In this document: in pieces, positions 46,283-52,792 of the stretch
Layout of the letters: each line of letters opens with the position of its first letter
How positions within the stretch are numbered: the first letter of the stretch is position 1
Virus record (IMG/VR): IMGVR_UViG_3300031659_000012
Coordinates: 1-52,792 of that record
Length of the DNA stretch: 52,792 nt
Strand: one strand, 5' to 3'
Origin: a virus
Taxonomy: Duplodnaviria > Caudoviricetes
Notes under the pieces: generated by a model
Seen by the model: the letters and a program-made list of their open reading frames with translations, nothing else
Database searches by the model: none
Told to the model about the DNA's origin: nothing
Position numbers and translations under genes: made by a program

Positions 46283-47026
46283 ATGACAATACTATTAGAT
46301 GGTACAAACGGTGTAACAACAGCAGGTATAACTCTAGGGTCAACTGCTATTGCTTCCACAGGTGCTGAGATTAACATCCTAGATGGTGTAACTAGTACAG
46401 CCGCAGAGCTTAATATATTAGATGGGGTTACCAGTACAGCCGCAGAGCTTAATATATTAGATGGGGTAACTTCTACTACAGCAGAGCTTAATATACTTGA
46501 TGGGGTTACCAGTACAGCAGCAGAACTTAACATCCTAGATGGAGTCACCTCTACAGCGGCTGAACTTAACATCATGGATGGAGTTACAACTACCGCAGCA
46601 GAAATTAACTTAATAGACGGTGGCACTGCAAGAGGCACAACAGCCTTAGCTGACGGTGACGGTATACTTATTAATGACGCTGGAACAATGCGTATGACTA
46701 CAGTGCAAACTGTTAAAACATACATGGGTGGTAACCCTTACACAGCACAGTCTACATCCTCTAATGGTTACATTACATTTGTTGGGGGTATTATCATCCA
46801 GTGGGGTTATTTCTCCTCTGGTGATACTAGCGTTACAACCGTGACGTTTCCGATAGCTTTTCCAAACGCTTGTCATAGTGTTGCAGGACTTCACCGAGGT
46901 ACTTCTGGTGCTAACGATCACCGCAACGGGTGGTGTCTTACGGGCAGTCCCGGTACATCCTCTATGGCTATAAAGAACGTAACCGCTGCTACAGCCGCTT
47001 TTTACTGGATAGCAATAGGGCATTAA
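46283..47026 (+). CDS. Short tail fibre 1 (7 repeats + gp53-like C-terminal tip)
   Basis: NGY....GIIIQWG...VTFPIAFPNAC...YWIAIGH is a classic tail-fibre C-terminus. Confidence 0.85.
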   Translation: MTILLDGTNGVTTAGITLGSTAIASTGAEINILDGVTSTAAELNILDGVTSTAAELNILDGVTSTTAELNILDGVTSTAAELNILDGVTSTAAELNIMDGVTTTAAEINLIDGGTARGTTALADGDGILINDAGTMRMTTVQTVKTYMGGNPYTAQSTSSNGYITFVGGIIIQWGYFSSGDTSVTTVTFPIAFPNACHSVAGLHRGTSGANDHRNGWCLTGSPGTSSMAIKNVTAATAAFYWIAIGH

Positions 47027-47038
47027 GGAGTATTAAAA

Positions 47039-47422
47039 ATGAGATATGCACATATAAATGAGAACAACCGCCTTCTTGGCTGGTACGCTGACGAAGTACA
47101 TTCTACTATACCGACACCTAAAGTGGTTGTTACAGATGAACAATGGCAAACAGCATTAGATAATAATCACAACTCCATTAATGCAGACGGTTCCGGTTCG
47201 GTTGTAGACTTTTCAAATGATGAAGAAAAAGCGTTGTCAGTAAGGGAAAGTCGTGACAACATCCTAGTAACAGTTGTTGATCCTATTGCAGGTAATGCAC
47301 TGCGCTGGGCTGCATTAACGTCAGAGCAACGAACTGCATGGGCTACGTACAGAACCGCCCTTTTAGATGTACCTGCACAAGCTGGCTTTCCTAGTAGCAT
47401 TACATGGCCTACTGCGCCTTAA
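47039..47422 (+). CDS. Tail fibre assembly chaperone 1
   Basis: R..RD..L...W..YR.ALLDVPAQAGFP..I.WP..P. Confidence 0.85.
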   Translation: MRYAHINENNRLLGWYADEVHSTIPTPKVVVTDEQWQTALDNNHNSINADGSGSVVDFSNDEEKALSVRESRDNILVTVVDPIAGNALRWAALTSEQRTAWATYRTALLDVPAQAGFPSSITWPTAP

Positions 47423-47453
47423 AACATAAGAACTACAACACGGAGTATGAAAT

Positions 47454-48152
47454 ATGAGTAAAATAGCCCTTACACCAAATGCAAGTGGTAATGGTGTATT
47501 TACAATTACCGCACCAAACTCTGGTACGAATAGGGCTATTGCTCTACCCGATGCTGCGGGTACAATTCCACTACTAGCAGCCGCAAGTAACACAGCCATT
47601 ACATCCACACCAGCAGAGCTAAATATATTAGACGGTGTGACTAGCACAGCCGCAGAGCTTAATATCCTTGATGGAGTTACTAGTACTACTGCTGAATTAA
47701 ATATACTTGATGGAGTTACATCAACAGCCGCAGAACTAAACATCTTGGATGGTGTAACCTCTACGGCAGCAGAGCTTAACCTAATAGACGGTGGTACAGC
47801 CAGAGGTACAACTGCTGTAGCTGATGGCGATGGCATACTAATTAACGATGCCGGTACAATGAGAATGACTACAGTACAAACTGTTAAAACATACATGGGT
47901 GCTAGTACAACCTCTGGCGCTGTTGGGACGTATCAACTAGGCAGGCCACTCTCTAATGCCGCTTTTGCTATTGGTGCTACAACTAGTTCGTTTTATGCAT
48001 GGGCGCAGGCCCGTGAGGGGGGAGTTGCGAATTTTGAGGCGCAGCTGGTTGGTGCAAATACCGCTAGTCAGTCTGGTACTTGGAGGTGCATAAGTGGCGC
48101 TGCAGCTGCCAGCGGCCAAGGTTTCGCTGGCTTATGGGTAAGGATATCATAA
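47454..48152 (+). CDS. Short tail fibre 2 (5 repeats + distinct tip)
   Basis: GAVGTY...SGTWRC...GLWVRIS tip. Confidence 0.8.
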   Translation: MSKIALTPNASGNGVFTITAPNSGTNRAIALPDAAGTIPLLAAASNTAITSTPAELNILDGVTSTAAELNILDGVTSTTAELNILDGVTSTAAELNILDGVTSTAAELNLIDGGTARGTTAVADGDGILINDAGTMRMTTVQTVKTYMGASTTSGAVGTYQLGRPLSNAAFAIGATTSSFYAWAQAREGGVANFEAQLVGANTASQSGTWRCISGAAAASGQGFAGLWVRIS

Positions 48153-48547
48153 TGAGTATAACAATTACACAAATCCGCAATGCGGTATCAATGAACGCTG
48201 CTAACACAAGCATTGACGTTGAGATTAATCATCCAGACTACGGATGGATACCCTACACACTAGACCCTGCTGACACTGATATGACTATCAACAACGATGC
48301 AGTCATGGCCCTTATTGGTGCAGACTTTGATGCTTATGTTGCTCCTACTGATGCAGAGATAGCCGCAGCTTTAGCAATTAAAGTTCGTGCAAAACGAGAT
48401 GAACTAATTGCAGCCACTGATTGGACGGGCAACAGTGATGTGACTATGACTTCTGCCATGACCACATACAGGGCTGCATTACGGAATGTACCTGCACAAG
48501 CTGGGTTTCCTAATAGTATTACTTGGCCAACCTTGGGGGGATCATAA
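48152..48547 (+). CDS. Tail fibre assembly chaperone 2
   Basis: IDVEINHP.YGWIPYT; RAKRD.LI..TDW...YR.ALR.VPAQAGFP..I.WP. Confidence 0.85.
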   Translation: MSITITQIRNAVSMNAANTSIDVEINHPDYGWIPYTLDPADTDMTINNDAVMALIGADFDAYVAPTDAEIAAALAIKVRAKRDELIAATDWTGNSDVTMTSAMTTYRAALRNVPAQAGFPNSITWPTLGGS

Positions 48548-49461
48548 TGTCCACACTACGAACAGACGCAATCGTTGACCTAGCGGGTAACGGTAAGCCT
48601 GACTTGAGTAACGGCGTTCAGATTGGTGGCGTTGCTGTTACCTCTACAGCCGCAGAGCTTAATATCCTTGATGGTGTGACCAGTACAGCCGCTGAACTTA
48701 ATATTCTTGACGGTGTAACTTCTACCGCTGCTGAACTTAATATTCTTGACGGTGTAACCAGCACCGCTGCTGAGTTAAACATCCTAGATGGAGTTACAGC
48801 CACTGCCGCTGAAATAAACCTTATTGATGGTGGAACGGCACGAGGTACTACAGCAGTAGCTGATGGTGATGGTTTTTTAACTAATGATGGCGGTACTATG
48901 AGGATGACCAAAGTTGAGACTTTGGCTACTTATATGGGTACTAAAGTTGGCGGCGGGGCAAGGGTTTTTGTTGCCTCATCTGGCGTTGTTAGCGGCGTTG
49001 CATCTATTGTATTCACTCAATTTGATTCAAGCAAGTTTGATTACTACGTATTTACAATGCTATCTGTGATTCCCGCAACAAATGAGGCTACTTTATTCTG
49101 CCAGACTAGCACTGATGGCGGTACTAATTTTGCAACTGATAGTGGAAATTACAGACATAGCGGTAATACACATAGTATTGGGATGAATGTGATAGACACC
49201 GCAATAGGTAGCTCATCTGGCCAAGACGGAGTGTTTGGGGATTTCTCTTTATTTGAGCCTGAAACCTCTGGCAAGCAGACAAGAGGTTTAAGCAATTGTA
49301 TGGCTATTCATAGTGCCTCCACTCATAGAGTTGCATCAACAGACGTCAGCTGTGCGTCATCTAGAGCATCTGCTGAAGATAATAACGCTGTCAGGTTTAT
49401 TATGAGCGCTGGCAATATAGGGTCAGGTGAAATTGTAATGTTTGGCATAGCCAATGCTTAA
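48547..49461 (+). CDS. Short tail fibre 3 (5 repeats + distinct tip)
   Basis: Shared hinge, then a beta-sandwich-like tip ending SG.I..G....FGI. Confidence 0.8.
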   Translation: MSTLRTDAIVDLAGNGKPDLSNGVQIGGVAVTSTAAELNILDGVTSTAAELNILDGVTSTAAELNILDGVTSTAAELNILDGVTATAAEINLIDGGTARGTTAVADGDGFLTNDGGTMRMTKVETLATYMGTKVGGGARVFVASSGVVSGVASIVFTQFDSSKFDYYVFTMLSVIPATNEATLFCQTSTDGGTNFATDSGNYRHSGNTHSIGMNVIDTAIGSSSGQDGVFGDFSLFEPETSGKQTRGLSNCMAIHSASTHRVASTDVSCASSRASAEDNNAVRFIMSAGNIGSGEIVMFGIANA

Positions 49462-49487
49462 AAATAATAAAATAAAGGAAGTGCATT

Positions 49488-49766
49488 ATGCCCAGATTTA
49501 ATATGGTAGATGGTGTGAGGGTACAGTGCAGTGCTGAAGACGAAACTTACTTTGACGCCTTAGATCAAACACATACTGACACAGCAGTAGCTCGTGCATC
49601 TGCTGCTGTTCGTAAAGAACGAGATGCCTTAATTGCAGCTACTGATTGGTGGGCTTTAGGAGACAGATCAATAACAGATGCACAAACTGCGTATAGACTT
49701 GCCTTACGTAATGTACCTGCACAGGCTGGGTTTCCTAACAGCATTACATGGCCGACTAAGCCATGA
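49488..49766 (+). CDS. Tail fibre assembly chaperone 3
   Basis: RKERD.LI..TDWW...YR.ALR.VPAQAGFP..ITWP.KP. Confidence 0.85.
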   Translation: MPRFNMVDGVRVQCSAEDETYFDALDQTHTDTAVARASAAVRKERDALIAATDWWALGDRSITDAQTAYRLALRNVPAQAGFPNSITWPTKP

Positions 49767-50020
49767 ACATTAACTGGACAGTCGTAACAATAGCAGGTGC
49801 TTTATTATTACAAGGAGCCGCTGTAGTGTGGGCTGTGTCAGCAATGGTGTTAGACATTAGGTACAATCGTATGGACATATCAGAGATGCGTTTAGATTCG
49901 TCTAGACTAGCTGATGAAATACATGAGAATGATATAATGATAGCACGTATTGATGCTAATGTTACTGCAATAAAAGAAGCGTTAAACGTAGTAACATTAA
50001 ATCATAGTTCAAGGAATTAA
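49763..50020 (+). CDS. Single-TM coiled-coil membrane protein (possible holin or lysis accessory)
   Basis: N-terminal hydrophobic helix followed by a coiled coil. Confidence 0.6.
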   Translation: MNINWTVVTIAGALLLQGAAVVWAVSAMVLDIRYNRMDISEMRLDSSRLADEIHENDIMIARIDANVTAIKEALNVVTLNHSSRN

Positions 50021-50022
50021 AA

Positions 50023-50586
50023 GTGACACGAATAATTGCCGCTATAGTACTTCTCTTGGTAGGAAGTTTAACCACAGCACAGGCTGCGGACACAGTGTAT
50101 AGTGACAGCAATGTCACCTCCTCTGGTACTATGGACACCACGGTTCGCAGCCCCCCGCCCTCTGCAATCTCTCCACAGATCAGCACTGGGACGGGCGACC
50201 TTTGCACGATTGGCGTATCTGGTGCAGTCCAAACCCAAATTCTTGGAATATCCGTAGGCAAGGTCTACACGGAAGAGAACTGTTTGCGGTTAAAGAATGC
50301 TAAAACCATGTACGATATGGGCATGAAAGTGGCGGCTGTGTCTGTAATGTGCCAAGATTCAAACGTAAAACTTGCGATGAAAAATGCTGGAACTCCCTGC
50401 CCAATCAACGGATTGATAGGCGATGCTGCGACGATGGCTTGGGAGGAACAAGAGCTTATCGAACCCGAAACATATGCGGATGATGGTGAGGGCGCTATAA
50501 AAGGTATGATAAAAAATGTGGATAAAGACACAAAGTTCGGTGTGGGTGCTGTCCTTGGCGCTCTTGGCCTCCTCCTCCTCCTCTGA
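50023..50586 (+). CDS. Exported protein with signal peptide, paired Cys and C-terminal TM anchor
   Basis: MTRIIAAIVLLLVGSLTTAQA signal; PPPSAISP..DLC...ENC; hydrophobic C-terminus. Confidence 0.75.
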   Translation: MTRIIAAIVLLLVGSLTTAQAADTVYSDSNVTSSGTMDTTVRSPPPSAISPQISTGTGDLCTIGVSGAVQTQILGISVGKVYTEENCLRLKNAKTMYDMGMKVAAVSVMCQDSNVKLAMKNAGTPCPINGLIGDAATMAWEEQELIEPETYADDGEGAIKGMIKNVDKDTKFGVGAVLGALGLLLLL

Positions 50587-51388
50587 GCCGTTCACGTACA
50601 GCGCCACGGGAAACGCGGCCCACGGGGCGCTAAACTGGTCAATGGGTGCTATCTTACCTGATATACCGGGATTAGACATTAACGGATTAATCTACCGATA
50701 CCGCACAGTAAAAAATACTGAAGACGCCATGAAAGTCCACGTCAGCAATCTAAAGGCCCAAGGCGGGGGGTACATTTTTAGAGAGACAGATGATTGGAGC
50801 GGCGTCCCCGGAAACAGAATTACAAAATCATTTGCCTTGGGAAACATTCCCAGCGCGAATTGGGGTAATGGCTCCATCTCTGTTGAAGGTACGGGCAGCG
50901 TTCAGGATGCGGTTGTGGTTTACAGCTATAGAGTTGACGCATGTTACGATCCACAATTAAACTCTAACTGCGTTGGTTACGTTAAGCCCGCGCCAGCCGT
51001 AGTTAAAGTCGAAGTTTATGACGCGCTTGAAGACGATGTTGTCCTTGTAACTTTAGACAGCAACACCAATTTTAAATACGATCAGGACGGCAACCGTATC
51101 GTTGACGACGAAGAGGAAGAGCAAGAAACAAGGCTGGAGATGGGGCTTACCGCTTCGGCTAATGCGTTAACAATGCTTCGAGTTGAGGGGCAATCTGCTA
51201 TAATAGACGCAATTAATCTAAACACTAGTTTGGCTACCTACTATAATTCCAGTATAAACGGTGGTACATACACAGAAGGGTACGCCCTAGCCGATGCGAC
51301 TCTGCCAGACAACGCACGGGGATTGAGAAATAATCTGGCGCAACAGCTACTGCACGAAGAAATGGTGCAGATGCAATATGGTGAATGA
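50516..51388 (+). CDS. Exported protein with signal-like N-terminus
   Basis: Hydrophobic VWVLSLALLA stretch, beta-rich domain, CYDPQ....C.GY, acidic helical C-terminus. Confidence 0.7.
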   Translation: MWIKTQSSVWVLSLALLASSSSSEPFTYSATGNAAHGALNWSMGAILPDIPGLDINGLIYRYRTVKNTEDAMKVHVSNLKAQGGGYIFRETDDWSGVPGNRITKSFALGNIPSANWGNGSISVEGTGSVQDAVVVYSYRVDACYDPQLNSNCVGYVKPAPAVVKVEVYDALEDDVVLVTLDSNTNFKYDQDGNRIVDDEEEEQETRLEMGLTASANALTMLRVEGQSAIIDAINLNTSLATYYNSSINGGTYTEGYALADATLPDNARGLRNNLAQQLLHEEMVQMQYGE

Positions 51389-51885
51389 GGTTTGATATGA
51401 AGTATTCTGTTTTAGTTTTCTCTGTTTGCGCTCTGCCTGCGCTTGCGGATGTTAATATCGTTGGAAACGTGGCGGCCAAGTGCATAATCCAGACAGACAC
51501 TAGCGGCGTTTACGGAAACCCGACAGCTACAAAACTCAGCACTCTACCTGCTGACGGTGGAGTAGTCCCGATTGTTCGCTACGATGTAGCTGTAGCAAAT
51601 TATTACACTGCTAAAATTACTCATCCATCAGCGTTTTCATCCTCACCAAGTCTGAGTGATACAGTTTCTTGGACCGGGGCAAGCTCAGTGGCTCAAACTT
51701 CAGTGGCTGGTATGGCAGCATATGACGCCGCAAAAGTTGTGTATGGCTCTACGACTAATTTTAATTTGACGATTGCTGGAAGCACTTGGTTTAAGACCGC
51801 GTCTACCGCTACTTACGGTGTGAGCAAAGCGTTTCCCGGTGGAAGTTATACCGCCATAGTTCAGGCAGAGTGCATTGCTAATTAA
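51385..51885 (+). CDS. Exported pilin/fimbrial-subunit-like protein
   Basis: Signal peptide ending ALA; VNIVGNVAAKC N-terminal strand; FPGGSYTAIVQAEC C-terminal strand. Confidence 0.6.
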   Translation: MRFDMKYSVLVFSVCALPALADVNIVGNVAAKCIIQTDTSGVYGNPTATKLSTLPADGGVVPIVRYDVAVANYYTAKITHPSAFSSSPSLSDTVSWTGASSVAQTSVAGMAAYDAAKVVYGSTTNFNLTIAGSTWFKTASTATYGVSKAFPGGSYTAIVQAECIAN

Positions 51886-52261
51886 AATAATCTTAACGCT
51901 GTTTGGTCTGTCTTCCGCTTTGGCGGCACATGAAATGACGCCTGCCTATCCTGATCTCAAACCTTCATATGTTAAAGATGTGATGAAGGCGGACATGTCT
52001 TTGTTCAACTACAGAGATGATGTTCAGTATTATCAAATAGCCGTCTTTGATATTGATTGGGTCAACGTACCTTTTGCTTCAAAATACAGGATTATGAAAG
52101 TAAAACATGAAAAGCGGCAGGATTTTTCGGTCTACATAAGAAAGGCTGACGTAGCTCGTGCTGTGTATTTATGCACAACTTCTAAAATGCTAAAAGAGTC
52201 TGGCGTTAAAACTGTAATCTCGTCTAGGATATGTTCGAGGGTTGATGGAGCAAAGCCGTGA
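51875..52261 (+). CDS. Exported PapD-like pilus chaperone-like protein
   Basis: Signal peptide, then MTP.Y..L......MSLFN.......YQIAVFD, resembling the PapD N-terminal Ig fold. Confidence 0.5.
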   Translation: MLIKIILTLFGLSSALAAHEMTPAYPDLKPSYVKDVMKADMSLFNYRDDVQYYQIAVFDIDWVNVPFASKYRIMKVKHEKRQDFSVYIRKADVARAVYLCTTSKMLKESGVKTVISSRICSRVDGAKP

Positions 52262-52692
52262 AGTGGTATGCAACCTTCTGGATTGTGTCATTTTGTATCT
52301 TTTTTGGCGTACTTGAGGCGAGGTCAGAGAGTAATTCTCTTGCATTGCAGTTGCCCAGCGCCCCAATGAACTATCAATCTGACAGGTTTCGGGCAGGAGA
52401 TTTGGATTGCAGTAACGCTGTCGGCGGTGGCACAACCCTTGAGTGGGGCGTCACTGGGGTTATAACAGATATCGGCAATGGAGTAGGGCAGGGGAAAGAC
52501 GTTGGGCTGTATGCGCGTGTCGTTATTCCGTTGGATAAACCTAAGAGCAGGGTGAACTGTGATACTCTTTTCCAACTTGAAATAAAACACAGGCGGCTTG
52601 AAATTGAAATGCTTCGAGCCGAACTGGAACAATTAAAAAGATTGCAGGAAACAGGTGAGAATAGTGACGGCGAACTGGAGTTTGAAAATTGA
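52258..52692 (+). CDS. Exported protein with Cys-flanked beta-hairpin and C-terminal coiled coil
   Basis: Signal peptide; DC...LEWGVTG...VGLYARVVIPL...NC; coiled coil. Confidence 0.7.
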   Translation: MKWYATFWIVSFCIFFGVLEARSESNSLALQLPSAPMNYQSDRFRAGDLDCSNAVGGGTTLEWGVTGVITDIGNGVGQGKDVGLYARVVIPLDKPKSRVNCDTLFQLEIKHRRLEIEMLRAELEQLKRLQETGENSDGELEFEN

Positions 52693-52792
52693 CAGACTTA
52701 ACCAAGGTTGCGGACAATATTGATGGCCTTGCGGATCGTGAGATCAAGGCTGGAGGGTTCAAGTTTACCTTCGCGTCAGTATTTGCAATACT
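52689..52792 (+). CDS. 3'-truncated hypothetical (membrane?) protein
   Basis: TTG start after GGAG, overlapping the previous stop; frame open to the window end. Confidence 0.5.
   Translation, partial: MTDLTKVADNIDGLADREIKAGGFKFTFASVFAI

Noticed and set aside
44117-49766. Diversity-generating retroelement or invertible tail-fibre shufflon
   Set aside because: No reverse transcriptase or invertase, all cassettes are on the same strand, and repeat differences are synonymous rather than adenine-specific.
52388-52397. Twelfth palindrome copy
   Set aside because: Only a half site (TTCGGGCAGG) inside a CDS; the second arm is absent.

Overview
The window is most of the genome of a tailed dsDNA phage with podovirus-like architecture, resembling marine alphaproteobacterial phages. 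It is circularly permuted and both window ends cut genes. Plus strand 1-11443 holds internal-virion/ejection genes, ending in a 2338-aa polyvalent protein with HExxH metallopeptidase and PLxRFG motifs. Minus strand 11.5-29.7 kb holds the replication module (primase-helicase, SSB, SNF2 helicase, PD-(D/E)XK nuclease, family A DNA polymerase with Leu762, VRR-NUC) and early genes (AAA ATPase, VWA/metallopeptidase, DUF3150-like). A control region at 28.4-30.1 kb separates the two divergent arms. Plus strand 30.1-52.8 kb holds terminase, portal, GroES-like chaperonin, scaffold, major capsid, small basic proteins, adaptors, several tail fibres and a cluster of exported proteins. The most striking features are: (1) eleven copies of a palindrome TTCGGGCA-NN-TGCCCGAA confined to the early/replication arm, often fused to a conserved RBS leader, with three copies exactly 110 bp apart; (2) an iteron-like origin candidate; (3) five signal-peptide genes that look like a phage-encoded fimbrial pilin/chaperone system with no usher visible; (4) three parallel fibre+chaperone cassettes and 32 copies of a 13-aa repeat. 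No integrase, RNA polymerase, tRNA, CRISPR array or clear endolysin was recognised. Family assignments come from motif recognition by eye, not from database searches.
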